DNA of 64,000 nucleotides from Octopus vulgaris (taxonomy: Eukaryota): contig OX597814.1 in NCBI GenBank assembly GCA_951406725.2, positions 65,968,001-66,032,000 of the forward strand. The letters run 5' to 3'. Every line of letters starts with the position of its first letter. Positions within the stretch are counted from its first letter, which is position 1. The notes under the pieces were generated by a model that was not told the DNA's origin, searched no databases, and saw only the letters and a program-made list of their open reading frames with translations. Below, one piece after another: positions 1 through 14,483 of the stretch. The translations under genes were made by a program, and so were the position numbers.

Positions 1-320
1 CTTCTCGTTTACTTATTTATTACATGTTTGTGTAGCTGATTGCATACGTCTAAATTGTATTAAAAATTTACATAAAATACATGTGTAATATATTTTGTAG
101 CTAAACTACAAACGCCCAGGTGTATGGCAATAGTAGGTAGAGTGCAGTTGGCAGATTTATTTGAGTCTCGGCAAACCGCCAGCTCAGCCGTTTTTATTCT
201 ACTTTTGCAAATTAGTTATATTCGAATCCAGAACACATAACTGTCAAACGTTCCAGTCTATGTAGAAGTAATTAAATGAAACTATATGATAACAGATGAC
301 AGTTTTAAGCAAATGAGATA

Positions 321-533
321 TTGGTTCCGAATTTTGGCTCAAGGCCAACAATTTCGAGGGAGGGAGTAAAGCGATTACATTGACCCCAGTGCTCAACTGG
401 TACTTAATTTATCGATCTCCGAGAGGATGAAAAGCAAAGTCAACCTCGGCGGGATTTGAACTCACAATGTAAAGACGAACGAAATGCTGCTTAGCATTTT
501 TCCCGGAACGAATCTGCCATCTCACTGCCTTAA
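321..533 (-). mobile_element. tRNA-derived SINE, family 1 (Meta-domain-like body)
   Basis: Reverse complement has B-box-like gagttcaaatcc followed by gccgaggttgactttgcttttcatcct...gatcgataaattaagtacc; the same sequence recurs at least 6 times at 38.8-41.0 kb. The Meta-domain label is from recollection. Confidence 0.75.
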
Positions 534-747
534 GCATCTCCTCACGAGAAATTTCGTTAGAAATACTTCTATAAAGAATTTGAGTATTCTAAGTTTCAAT
601 ATATTTCAGTTCAATCAGTATTGGCCTGGGGATATACAACGAAACTAACATGGCTAAAGTAACTTACCTAACTAAAGTAGCAGTACTAAACTTTGTCTCA
701 GAAATATAAAGATAGGCGTTTGGTTAAGTGATTGGCGTTAGGAAGTG

Positions 748-1155
748 TATCCTACCATATTCTGAGCGCCTTGTTTCCCTGGGCATGGATTCACTGAAGC
801 TCCGGCGTTTGGCGACGGACTTGGTAAACACCCACAAAGTTATCAACCACCTCACCAACAACAACACTGAACACCTTTTTGATCTCCATGTGTCTAACAC
901 ACGTGGACATGCCTACAAAGTCAGAAAACAATACAGCTCCCATGACTTTCGGAAACATTTTTTCACGCTCAGAGTTGCTGAAGCATGGAATAAACTGCCT
1001 GCGTCAGTTGTTGACTGCCATGACACTGCATCTTTTAAGGCCCTCATGCTTTCCGAAATCCGCCGAAACTACACCTGATTATATATACACTTTAGATGAG
1101 TTGTAGTGCACATGAGCACTGTACACAATTATTATTATTATTATTATTATTATTA
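748..1155 (+). mobile_element. CR1/L2-type LINE 3' end (5'-truncated) with (ATT)n tail, inserted into an RTE-tail-type SINE (about 700-1268)
   Basis: ORF 728-1078 encodes YSERL..LGM.SL..RR...DL...HK....TRGH..K.....R.HFF..RV..AWN.LP, the typical CR1 ORF2 C-terminus; short 3' UTR then (att)n at 1128-1155. The flanks ggcgttaggaag and gtcaaaccatc...(gat)n belong to one interrupted SINE. Confidence 0.85.
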
Positions 1156-1707
1156 TCTATAGAAACCATACCAAATCAGCCATAGAACATGGTGGTGCCT
1201 TCTGGTTCATCTGTTTTTGTCAAACCATCTAATCCTTGTCAGGGACATTAAATGATAATGATGATGATACATTTTATGAATATGTGCATCTTTTATCTTT
1301 TTCTTTTTTCAGTGATTAGACAGTGCCATGCTGGGGCTTATCTTGAAGAATTTTAGTTGAACGAATCGATCCCAGTAGTTTTTTAACGCTTAGTACTTAT
1401 CTGATATATATATATATATATATATAATAACAAAGGGTAAAATTGATTAATTAACTAGTAATTAATAATTTCACTAGGTAGAATTCGGCATGAAAAAGGA
1501 CCATTCTCGGTAAACTTAAGTAATATTTTATAAATAGGGTTCCGCAAAGATTTGCTTTACCGCATACCGAAGTTTAGAAATAGCAGCCAAAGAACCTTAA
1601 CTATTTCCTCTATTTTGAAAAGAGACTCCCGGACAAAAACAAAGTACTCGAAAACAATCCACGCAGGCAGAGAGGAAAAATAACGAAAATCAATCGATAT
1701 TTGATTA

Positions 1708-1790
1708 CCCATGTACGCGTTTCGGAATTAGATCGGTATAAAGAATGTAGAATTTATACTTTACCCAAACATTTTCCTCTTCAGCATGGG
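1708..1790 (-). ncRNA. Type I hammerhead ribozyme (palindromic mini stem III)
   Basis: Minus strand reads CCCAUG-CUGAAGA-GGAA...UUCC-GAAACGCGUA-CAUGGG: perfect 6-bp stem I, intact core, stem II GGAA/UUCC, GUA cleavage triplet. Confidence 0.85.
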
Positions 1791-2441
1791 ACTTCACAAT
1801 ATTAAATCCGAAAGCACTGGAAGAATTGAATATACCTCTCCAACTAACAGTATCAGACAGATCATATTCAACGTCCAATACCGCCGAATTCAAAATATAC
1901 GAATGAGGTTCATCACCTCCCCCTGCGCATCCACGTATGTCGTCAAGTAAAAATACTACAGAAAAAATCCGTAGTTTATTATCTGGGAGAAAATTATATT
2001 ATCAATTATAACAAAGGGTAAAATTAATTAACTAGTAATCAATAATTTCACCAAGTAGAATTCTGCATGAAAAAGGACCATTTCTCGGTAAACTTAAGTA
2101 ATATTTAATAATTAGGGTTCAGCAAAGATTTACTTTACCACATACTGAAGTTTAGAAATAGCAGCCAAAGAACCTTAGCTATTCCCTCTTGGTGAAATTA
2201 TTGATTACTAGTTAATTAATTAATTTTACCCTTTGTTAATTTTGATAATATAATTTTCTCCCTGATAATAAACTACAGATTCTACTTGACGACACACGTG
2301 GATGGGCAGGGGAAGGTGATGAACCTCATTCGTATATTTTGAATTCGGCGGTACTCGACGTTGAATATGATCTGTCTGATACTGTTAGTTGGGGAGGTAT
2401 ATTCAATTCTTCCAGTGCCTTCGGATTCAATATTGTGAAGT

Positions 2442-2524
2442 CCCATACTGAAGAGGAAAATGTTTGGGTAAAGTATAAATTCTACATTCTTTATACCGAT
2501 CTAATTCCGAAACGCGTACATGGG
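2442..2524 (+). ncRNA. Type I hammerhead ribozyme (inverted twin of 1708-1790)
   Basis: cccata-ctgaaga-ggaa...ttcc-gaaacgcgta-catggg; one stem I mismatch next to the core relative to the minus copy. Confidence 0.75.
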
Positions 2525-2697
2525 TAATCAAATATCGATTGATTTTCGTTATTTTTCCTCTCTGCCTGCGTGGATTGTTTTCGAGTACTTTGTTTTTGTC
2601 CGGGAGTCTCTTTTTAAAATAGAGGAAATAGCTAAGGTTCTTTGGCTGCTATTTCTAAACTTCGGTATGCGGTAAAGCAAATCTTTGCTGAACCCTA

Positions 2698-2759
<62 letters not shown>

Positions 2760-2761
<2 letters not shown>

Positions 2762-2905
2762 GATGGTCTATTTTCAGTTTTCGTCTTCTACATTCACTCA
2801 CAATGCTTTAATCGATCCGTGGATGTACCAGCGGGCACTTGTCCAAAGTGCCACGCAGTGGACTGAACCCGGAACTACGTTGTGAAACGAACCTCTTACT
2901 ACACA
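2760..2905 (-). mobile_element. tRNA-derived SINE, family 2 (CORE-like ttgggcaagt), 5' part
   Basis: cacttgtccaaagtgccacgcagtggactgaacccggaac matches the copies at 11.5, 33.6 and 36.6 kb. Confidence 0.65.
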
Positions 2906-3099
2906 ACTATATCTATGCCAATATGGAATGCATGTATGTATTAAAAATTACAAAAATACGTGTGTAATATATTTTATATCCAGACAATTACGGACAACTA
3001 GGAGTATGGCAATAGTCGGTAGATTGCAGTTAGCAGATCCATGTTTGTCTCGGACAGACAAACCTCCGTGACGTGCAGTTTTGATTCTGTTACCGTCAC

Positions 3100-3990
3100 T
3101 TAGTTGCATTCATGTTCTATGGCTGATTTGGTATGTGTTCTACAGTTGGATACCCTTCCTAATGACAATCACTTAACCAAGTGCACTGAGTGCATTTTAC
3201 GGGGTACCAGCATCGGTGAAGTCGTCATTGGCCTGCAAGTTAAAGTCCCTCAGTTGAAAATGGGGTATAAACTGAAGAAAGAAACAATTGTAGAGGGAGA
3301 GGAGCGGGTATCTTGTTGAAGAGGTGAATACATAGTTGGCCGACCTGGAAAGCGAAAGAAAGAAAGAGAAAGAGAAAGACGTGTGACGTCCGGGTACAGA
3401 GTGAATATAGTGAGAGTTGGAAGTGCGGCGAATGAAAATAGTGTTACAGTTGATTAGAGATAGGGAATGAATTGTACGCAGAGGATATCAGTTCAGTGTA
3501 GCAGGAAGAGAAATAAATGGAAGTTTAGTTGTGGGAGAAGGCTTGGCAGAAACACAATTCTGCTGAGATGGATGGGTCTTCTCAAACACATGGTAACGCC
3601 ATTCATCTCAGTACTCAGTCATCTCTGAGAGACTCAACATCTTGAAATCTGTCTTCAACTCTTCGTTCATCGTCTTCCTATGTCTACGTCTTCCACATAT
3701 TCCTTCCACGTTTATCGATCGACACTTCTTTATGCAACTGACCTTATCCATCAACATTACAAGATCATACGAGCGCAATCTTTTCGCCTGTGCATTACAT
3801 TTGATATCTCTTATGTCCAATGTTTCTCTAAATGCATCTTTACTTTGTCATACATGCACACTGGCACAGAGCATACGTGCTTAATTTCTTTCTCGTTTCC
3901 GTATGTCATCTGCACTTACAGCCCAATTTTCACAGCTATATGGTTATTAGTACACAGGCGTCATACAATCTGCCTTTCATTCTGAGAGAG
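3100..3990 (-). mobile_element. Degenerate RTE-clade LINE C-terminus and 3'-related repeat
   Basis: ORF 3608-3820 minus: KRLRSYDLVMLMDKVSCIKKCRSINVEGICGRRRHRKT, a decayed RTE RRLRWYGHV.RM...G.R.RGRPRKTW motif. Confidence 0.7.
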
Positions 3991-4411
3991 GCCTTTCTTT
4001 TACCAACGGAGGTGTGTGTGTGTGTATGTGTGTGTGTGTACATGATACAGTCTTTGTAACCATTAAAAATATACTTTCAATTTATTTCTATTTTTTATAA
4101 TAATAATATATATCATTAGACCTCAGTGCCTGTAGGTCTTTGGTCGTTCATACACACCCAGTTAATTATCTGCAACTTAATCTTCTTACTATAAAAACCA
4201 TTGAAATATTGTTATAGGAAACAGTGTGGTGTGGATTGGATCTCCGTTGTACGACAGTAAGGATTCGCGTGTAAGTAACTTGATCGTTCGTCAAAAATAT
4301 GTACCATTGACACATTTCTCAAGCAGAAATCGACACGAAGCAATTATGCAACAGAACTGTATTTTAAGAAGTCTAGGTACAATCCAGCCGGTGAGTTTAT
4401 CTTTCGTCATT

Positions 4412-4600
4412 TATCTTTTACTTGTTTCTGACATTGGACTATGGCCATGCTGGGACACCATGTTAAAGGATTTTAATCGACCCCCAACATTTATTTTTTA
4501 CAGCTTGGTAATAATTCTATATGTATGTATTTGCAGAACCGGTAAGTTACGTGAACAAATCAAGACCGGTTGTCAAGCGGTGTTGGGGACAGACACAAGC
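4412..4600 (-). mobile_element. SINE family 2, 3' tail fragment
   Basis: tttacttgtttctgacattggactatggccatgctgggacacc...gaaccggtaagttacg...ggttgtcaagcggtg, shared with 33290-33490. Confidence 0.65.
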
Positions 4601-4732
4601 ATAAATACAAACATCAAACATACATATATAATTCTTTTATTCTTTTCAGCCAGGCGGCTGTGGTCATGCTAGAGTTTGTATACACACACACACACACTTA
4701 TTTATGTATGTATATAATCTATGTATGTACGC

Positions 4733-4799
<67 letters not shown>

Positions 4800-4938
4800 C
4801 AATTTTTTGGCTCAAAAAGCAAAAAGCAAGGCCATGTAGGGGGACATGGAGTTCTGTACAGGGTGGTGTTCATGTAAAGAGTTCAGGCCACTTGAGGTCA
4901 AGGGAGACTTTGACCGAGGTCAAAGGAGACTTATATAT

Positions 4939-5749
4939 ATTACATGGAAAAATGCGAGCAAGAGACATAATATTCTTAAGATTATAAACCTGGAAAAATT
5001 ACAGGACAAGTTATTACACTTGGGAAAGTTGAGGACAACTTATTACATCTCGTACTGAACAAGGAAATTTTTATTTAAAATATTGCAGCCGAGGATAAAA
5101 TTTCAAATAAAATATTTAAATTTAGAAAATATTAGCTTTTATTAAAATTAAAATGTTTTATCACGTGTTTATTACTTCTAATTGTTATTACTTGGTACTT
5201 CTATTAAAAATAATAAAATAACCCAAAATATATTTTGCACTTTAAAAAATTCAGCTTTTTAATTATTAATTGATAATTATAAATTTAAAAATAAGTTATA
5301 AAAATAATAGTAGTACAAAATTAGTACAATAAATAGACCTATAACAACAAACTCACAATAAAATTTGCCTAAGTTATTGCTAGGTTTTCACATTTTTAGT
5401 CTTGTGCCAATGCCTATTTTTTACATAAAGAATTTGTGTACCATATATACTATTCTATTTTGCATAAAACTTTAGCTATATTGGCACTTCTGGCTCTCGT
5501 TTTTTAAGTATTGTAGTGTGCCAATATTTTAACAAAATGATAGCACATTTTTAATTATAATGTTACTTTGTAAATTAAAATCAAATAACTTTTAATATCT
5601 AAATTTTATCCTTAGCTGCAATATTTTAAGTAAAATTTTTTTTTCTGTACTTTACCAGAACTTTTCCAACTGTAATAAGTTGTCCTGTAATTTTCCAGGT
5701 TTATAATCTTAAGAATATTATTTTCCTTGCTCCCATTTTACCATGTAAT
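4939..5749. mobile_element. MITE/foldback element with long (~200 bp) imperfect terminal inverted repeats
   Basis: attacatgg...ataatattcttaagattataaacctggaaaaattacaggacaa...aaaatattgcagc at the left is mirrored by gctgcaatatttt...ttgtcctgtaattttccaggtttataatcttaagaatattat...ccatgtaat at the right. Confidence 0.8.
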
Positions 5750-6489
5750 CCATGTTTTTCCAGGCTATGCTATTATGCTAATTAATAATGTGTCAAATAT
5801 ATCAATTAGCGGTGTCGTTGATAATTTTTCCCTTAACTCAATGACACTGGTCAAATATATTAAAAGTCCCATTATAGAACTATATTCATAAAAATGTATA
5901 GAACTATATTCATAAAAATGTATTATCACCCTCAAATTTGAGAAACAAACAATCATAAGTTTTTTTCTTTAAAAACTTCATTGCATTAGATTGATACCAT
6001 GAAATTTCTTGAATTGAGCTCTATCATTTAAGCTTAATTAAAATATAGTTTGTTTTTAAAATAAAATAGTTAGTTATACTTAAATACAATTTTTCCTTAC
6101 TTATATTTTTTCATATTTTACCTAAACTTTTTTAATACAAATTTTTGTTACATGGGAACAAAACTATGAAATTCTTCATGCTTTCTTCTATCAGTGAATC
6201 TAAGATAGATATATTTTGCTTTTAAAATAAAATAAGTTATTTATATCTAAACTTGATTAGTGGTGTTACGTACTCTCCTATAACGTTGCTACAAATTTTG
6301 GTGTAAACTTTTTCTACTTGGAACAATTCTCAATTTTTTATGCCAAAATGTAGCTAGGGACTTGTTCTCTTTAACAATGTTAACAGTATTCAATTTGGTT
6401 AAGAACTGAATTGGCAACAAGCTCTGAAAGGTGCTGCGTGTGAGTGAATTGCGGCCTTAAGAATATTCAACTACTACCGTAGTTGAATG

Positions 6490-6520
<31 letters not shown>

Positions 6521-9500
6521 TGTATGTATGTATGTATGTATGTATGTATGTATGTATATTTAGAATCATTTGATGATCCACTACATTTTACTTGTACGTT
6601 TTCTGGAGATTATGCAATACTGGCTAAACTGCTGTGTTGAGAAGAGATGTATTGAAAGGACGACAGTCAAACCAATTTTCATTGATTTGTGAAAGTCAGG
6701 AGTGGTTTATGATGCAAAAAAAAAGGCTAATATAATATTGGCTAGCTTTGTTGACTTTGGCTGCTATATTAAACGTTCGGTTAGTTTTGTGAGAATTCAT
6801 GGGTGTAGCGGTTGTTCGGAAAGTGTCTTAGAAGTGCCCTGTGTCAAAAAATATTATTCGTAGCAGACGTTCTTTCGACATCGTTCACACGCGCCTGACT
6901 CGGGCTCATGACTTACAGCCCAAGTTGTTATCTATAATCGTAAAAATGAAAAGTATTTCAAATTCAATGTTTTCTTGAAGCAATAAATTTCTATAGGGAT
7001 TAGAATTTAAATTCCAATGTATGAAAAGTTTCCATTCTGCAATATTCTTAAAGGAACGAAAATTTATCCAGCAACTCGAGCTAATACGAACAAGCTTAGT
7101 GGGTGTAAAAAACTAACTGGCATCTCTTGTCAAGAGTACAGACAACAGTTAGATCGTCGATGTTTGTTGTGCACACAGCTATCGTTATTTGATTGCTCTT
7201 ATTCTGTGCGTCTGTGTGCAAAGATCAGTTATATTTTGTCAGGGTTGCTTTATTTTAACCCTTATCTTAGAAATGGGTAAATACATAGGGCTAGATATAA
7301 CAAATAAGGCATTTGGAGCTAGAAAAGCCCCAGAAAAGCGTGAAGTTCTTCGAACAGGCATGCGTCTTATGCGAGATCTGTGATGAGCCCGAGTGACGCT
7401 GATGACCTGGAGTCTCCTTTGTATAATATATAATAATATAGTAAAACATTATATAATATAATATAATATTATATATTTTACACACACGTACACACACACA
7501 TACATATAATGCATACAGGATACAAAAACACTTCGCAAACAGCAACGGTCAATAAATCAGAAAAAAAATTTTTAATTTATTCTTCCTGTGCGGCGTGGTA
7601 CTAGTTCGTGGTACGGTGGTTGGGTTTGCCAATCCTAACGGACAAATGGAAGGATTTGATGAGTTACAACTTGGTGTTTGTAACATTGGAGAACGTTTCA
7701 GTAATGATAAACAATATTAATCAGGTACGAAAACATTTTTGCTATAAGTATTAATAAAACTTATTTTATTTGCGTGCGGGGGAAAAAGTGCTGTCTTACT
7801 AGAGATATGTAAGTTCCGATACATGTTGTAAGGTGAACTATATCAGATTTCCTTCTTGTGCCTATTTCTTCCTATGTAGGGGATATTGCATGTATACTAG
7901 TGTCGAATGAAAACCTCTCTACCTAGTGTGTTATTCAAAAAGCGGGATTATAATGAGAGTAGTGAATGTGTGTATGTGTATGTATGTGTGTGTGAGTGTG
8001 CGTATGTTTGCGTCTATGTGTGTCTGCGTATGTATGTTTGCGTGTGTGTTTGTGTGTGTTTTTGTATGTGCATGTGTATGCGCATAGCTGTATTTCTATA
8101 CATATATTTATACCTATATATGCTTATGTATATTTATGCACACACACACACACACACACACGCTCAAACATACAACTGATGAGCTTCCCCATATTTCCAT
8201 TCACCAAATTCTAGAGTAACTCAGAAGCAAGAGCACATGATTGCTAAACGGCTCACTCGGCCACAGTTTTTATGTTTAGCTACTAGCAATAGTATCCTGA
8301 TTTCAAATCACTCGAGATTCAACTTTGCCTCTTCTAACTCAAGGGCGGGTAAATTTTGGTTTTATTAATTTAAGGCACAACACTTTTTTTCATTCTGTTC
8401 TTTATATTCAATTTTCTGGCCTTGTAGGAAATCAATGATGTTAAAGTTTAACAGAATAATAAAAAAAAATGATGAAGCTGGACTAAATACTTTGTTTTCC
8501 TATATTAACTGTCCCTGTTTTTGACTTACTGTTTTATATACTCCGTCTTGATTAATATCAACTAAGTTCTGGATTCGATTTTTCCTGAAAAAAATCTATA
8601 ACTTTGTAATAAAATGAAAACAAAGCTCTGTCCAAATATAATCTTATAATACAATGTGGCATCCATATTAAAAGCATTAGTTAATTTAGTGTTAAAATAA
8701 AACAATATCTGAATCCGTAGAAATTCTGAAAGTTTGAGCCGATAATAACACATGAAAAGTAGGTTTTGAAGTTTGTTAATCAATTGGTGTGAGGAGTGGT
8801 AAAACGAACATTTCTGGGCCCATTCTCTTCAACACAGAGTAGAAACCACAGGAGTTGTATGTCTTAATGAAGATACGGGAACATATTTAATGCAGAAGTT
8901 ATGGAATAATTAGCAATTAAAAGTGAATGAAACAAATTTCAACAAATATATTATTTGTAAACAAAAACGAACAATTATTTTAGTCATTTTGTTATGTTCG
9001 AAAGACAACTTTGGACAAGTTTGAAGTTTATCATGACCTCATCAGAGGAGAATAATGTTTATCAACAATTTAGAGAGTAACTTAGGAAAATCATTATATG
9101 TTATTAAGAGTGAGAGTGGCAGAAGATATAGTAAGCTTCTGCATTATAACTTAAGTTCTGAGTTCAATTCTACCGTAACCGAATACGGTCGATAAAAAAA
9201 ATAAAAACAAAGATGAAAAGGATGATTGATCCAATCGATTTCTTTTCCGCCATTAATTCACATTCATACGTTATCTGAATGCACCAATAAAAAATATAAA
9301 TCATTATTGCATATTACGTTCAGTGTATGTTTTCATGCAGTGAAGTGGAGTGTTTTTTTAATAAACTGTTTGGTTTGTAGTTCATTTTTATGTTAGTTTC
9401 AAATAAATTGGGTGTGTTTTACTTGGGTGTTTTGATGTTTGTTTAGGGTTTGTGTATGCATGTGTGCGTGTATATGTGGGATGGATATATTGTTATGCAC

Positions 9501-9547
9501 AACTATGTGTGTGTATGTAAGTATTTGTAAGAGTGTAGGCATGTGAG

Positions 9548-9582
<35 letters not shown>

Positions 9583-9881
9583 GTGTATGCATATGTTATG
9601 CGTGTGTTTGCTGTTGGAATGGTATAGAAACTAACGTGGTAGCGATGGTAGCCGCCAGCATTATATTTGTCTTGCGTCCCTTCCAGCACAAACCGCGTGC
9701 CTTACTCTGCTATAGAGACAGCTGTAAGTACTCACTGGTTTCGGCACCTGACAATGTTGATACGATGAAGCAGCGGTGAAAGGGAAAAAAAGGAAGGAAG
9801 GAAAGGAGAAACATGAAACACTTCTCATCGAAGGGAACATTTGGATAGATGGGCCATGATGAAACTATTTATTGCCGTATG

Positions 9882-9930
<49 letters not shown>

Positions 9931-10537
9931 TACACACATGCATATTATGTATGTATTTTTGTATGTGTGTATCTACGATATATATTATATATTTATGTAT
10001 ATCAAGAAGGTAAATATTTGTGTATGTATACTCATAGACACACACAGGCACATACGCACACATACATTATCAGTTTATATGTGTATACGTTTATACAAAT
10101 ATAAAAATGTGTGTGCTATGTGCTGGGTCGACTGCATATGTGTGCTTGTGTGTGTGTGTGCGTGTGTGTATGTGTGTGTTTTATGTGTGTGTGTGTGTGC
10201 ATATATTCAGACAGGGTGTTCCATATGTCAGACCGCAATTAAATATTTTCCAGAAAACTGACAGATTTATAGGACACATCCATATACATACATACGTATA
10301 TATATACATATATATATATACATACACACACATACACACACATATATATACATATATATATAATCTCGTTTATATATACATATGTTTGTGTATATGCATA
10401 TATTTATACTTACATATGTGTGTGTATGTATATATATGTGTATATATATATATATACATATATACATATATGTGTGAGTGTGTGTGTATGTATATGTATA
10501 TATACATATGAAAGTATAAAAAACGCATATGTGTGTG

Positions 10538-10588
<51 letters not shown>

Positions 10589-11264
10589 CTGAATAAATAA
10601 ATATGTGAAGTGGCTGACATAGCACCAATGCGCATGCCTGCTGCATGTTCCTTGAAGAAAATAAAAGTGAATAAAAAGAAACGTCTGCAGGTTATAGTCA
10701 TAACTTTTTCTTTATTTTTCTCATTTTTTTTCCTTGAAACATTTCGTTGTGAATAAATAACAAACGTATGCTTGCTCTGTCGCCAGTCTGACCAGAAAAA
10801 TTGTTTATTTGAAGATTTATTCATATTTTGATAAAAGAGAAAACAGATTACACAAATGTGATTGCGTCCATGTAAATCACCTGTGTTGTAGAACGGACTA
10901 AATAGTGAAACTCATCATGTTATTTTTCTTCTTGTGATTGTTCTTACTTCAGCTTTTAGTTTATTTTTCTTCTTTCAATTTCTTACATTTTGTTATGCAA
11001 AACTGGAATAGCGGAATGGCAACACCAGACACCAGTAAACTATCAGGCTCTACGTTTTGAGTTCAAAATCAAAAGAAAGCACGTAATATACTGAATTCGG
11101 GTATCATAATTTCTTATTACTATCGAGAGAGTATTTGTGAAATATAAACTTAATGACTAAAATGTAGTAAAGTGGCTACGTACCGGACGTTAAGAACATT
11201 ATATCTTTATTGGAGACATTTTCGTGTGTGATAATATTGTTGATATACGTAAATCAGATAATGG

Positions 11265-11411
11265 ATCGACCCCAGTCCTTATGTTTTTAGTCTGGTACTT
11301 ATTCCACCGGTCTCTTTTACCGAATCGCTAAGTTACGGGGACGTGAACACACCAACACTGGTTGTTAAGTGGTAGCTGGGGACAAATACAGACAGACACA
11401 GACACACACAT

Positions 11412-11477
<66 letters not shown>

Positions 11478-11626
11478 CTTCTTTCAGTTTCCGTCTACCA
11501 AATCCACTCACAAGGCTTTGGTCAGCCCGAGGCTATAGTGGAAGACACTTGCCCAAGGCGCTAGGACTGAATCCGGAACCACGTGGTTGGGAAGCAAGCT
11601 TCTTGCCACACAGCCATTCCTGCGCC
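11265..11626 (-). mobile_element. tRNA-derived SINE family 2 with internal (CA)/(TA) microsatellite
   Basis: ttcagtttccgtctaccaaatccactcacaaggctttggtc...cacttgcccaagg...ccacacagccattcctgcgcct. Confidence 0.85.
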
Positions 11627-13354
11627 TGTTTTATTTCAGGTTTAGTAAACTATTCAAAATTCAACCAAAGCATATTTGTCTATAGAGAGATAGAGTGGTG
11701 CTTGAACACTTCTAATGGCAAAGATATCGAATTGGCACCTGACGACCACAGTTCGACCAGTCTATTACCAGCCTCGCATCGTATATACATATCACAAAAC
11801 ACACCATACTGTATTTGGCTTATTCCCTTAAGTTATGACCTGATATTGCATTCGTAGCAATGTAGATTATTGTGTTTCATTAACTTGTAGATTTACTTTC
11901 GATTCCTCGCAGAAGGGCCACTGGCAATAGACTAGCGATTGAGGATATTAATCTCTCATCTACATCTACTCAACACTAGTGATATCAGAGTTAAGAGAGG
12001 CATACAGATCTTTGTTCTTCTGAAACAATTTTTAATAATTGTATCGAAACTGGAACGAGATCGCTGATCGTTATTAATGCAGACTTTCGGTGTTTGTCTG
12101 TGAAAATAATTCTGCATGCAAATTATATTTCCAGATAGTCTTAGAAGTGTTGAGATTATAGGAACTCCTGCTCGGCAGAGGCTTTTTAGCCATCTATCAG
12201 ATCTTAACATAGAGCATAATAACAGCTAATACTTCGTTTTCTGAACATAAATATCCATCTATAGAAACACGACTATAGATTCATAATGAATATTTCCAAA
12301 AAGGCGAATATTCCGATGATTTCTAAGCTAAGATGGCTACTGAAAATTATAATCTCTCTTCTAAACTGTAAAATGTTACAAAAATGTTCAGCAGTGCGGG
12401 TGAACTAGATCGACTTTTCCGCACTATAAGAAGGGAGACATAAATAAGCCTGCCGGACATATTTTGTTATTGTCAGTAAGGTAAATTGTAACATTATCTA
12501 TCTAAGCCATTGTCTAAAGAGAGCGTAAAAGATTATCTGTTAGCTTGTTTCTAATACATACGAGATGATCAGCTGGTTTGGGTGGTCTTAATAAGACTAT
12601 CCAGCTCTTTACGACGATTGTGTTATAACTACTGTCCTGTGGTAGAGCAAATATCGTGAAAGTAGCAATTCACTCGAAGTAAGATTTGCTTTTTACCCTT
12701 TTCGAATAGGTAAAATAAGTATCAGACTTGTATGATATACAGTCCATTTACTCTAGTCCTTAAGATTTCTGGCTTTGAGCCAAAGCACATTATATTAACC
12801 ATCATTTCTATGGAGACAAGCTGATGAAACGTTAATATTTCAGTTGCTTGTAATTTTGGAATGAAATGCTTTATCGTACTCATTTCAGATTTAATGAACT
12901 GAATCGGAGAATGTCAGGAGGTTTTTTTTTCTATAAATGAATTTTAAAAATAGATTTATGGACGGTCACAAGACATAGAGGTTGAAAATGTATCAACTGC
13001 CGCACTCTTTTCTCATGACTTTGTTATGAATAACAATATTGTAATACAAACTAACCAGCCTTCCGAGTAGTAATAATTGTTGTGTAGCACATTCATATCA
13101 GACCTGATCGAGCAAACTAAACAAATCTATTTTTGCTGTGATCATCATTTTAAGGGTATTTAATGTTTTGTTGCTTTTTTAAAAACAAAACAAAATAAAA
13201 AAAAACAATGTGATGTGATATGAAATAGAATTCAGGTCGAAGAAATACGAGGAGATCATTTTGAAGTTTCTAGTGTTTCAGGTTAGACATGCGAGTTCAA
13301 ATCCCAGTGTAGCTAACATTCTAGATCGATTATCAGTCCCTCTCAGTCTGTTTG

Positions 13355-13820
<466 letters not shown>

Positions 13821-14343
13821 GTTTTCTTTCTTCTTGCTTTCTTTCTTGCTTCCATGCTTGGTTGCTGGCTTGTTTTCAACTTTGCTTTGTTTCTCTCGAA
13901 ATCTGCTATGATGAAAACCTATGATCGAAGACACTCTAGCCATGAACATCTAATTTTTCATTCCAGACATTGTCTCTCTAGGAATACACCTTCCAATATG
14001 CATTACTCCATTTTTAAAAACGACACAAATTAGAGAGAAGTTTGATTGCTATTTCTAGCAAGCCAAGTGGCTGTGTAAAGCATCCATAGCAGAATCCAAG
14101 GGTGGGAATTGTAGTGTCGATTTAATGATACGACAAATTATATATGAAATAAGACAGGATGTGGAATTTGACAGATCCCTTAATGGGTTTCTTGAGATAC
14201 CTTATTAAAACACTTAATAACAAGCAACACTGTGCTCATTCATATGTATCATCTTGTTTCCCTTTCATAACTTATTCAACACACCTCTTTGGCGATGGAG
14301 GTAATTGCTGTACATTGTATTTCCCTTGTACTACGTACTCAGC

Positions 14344-14447
<104 letters not shown>

Positions 14448-14448
14448 A

Positions 14449-14483
<35 letters not shown>

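Larger units (their letters stand above)
1425..2704. mobile_element. Penelope-like pseudo-LTR array: ~580-bp unit + partial direct copy + inverted copy, flanked by (TA)n
   Basis: 1425-1610 is repeated directly at about 2007-2189; 2190-2700 is the reverse complement of about 1530-2055 (twin 62-aa ORFs at 1705-1893 minus and 2339-2527 plus). Each long arm carries a hammerhead motif. Confidence 0.7.

Noticed and set aside
1705-2527. Twin 62-aa ORFs as a duplicated small protein gene
   Set aside because: TTG start, no recognisable motif; the identity is explained by the inverted repeat, and the region is better explained as hammerhead RNA.
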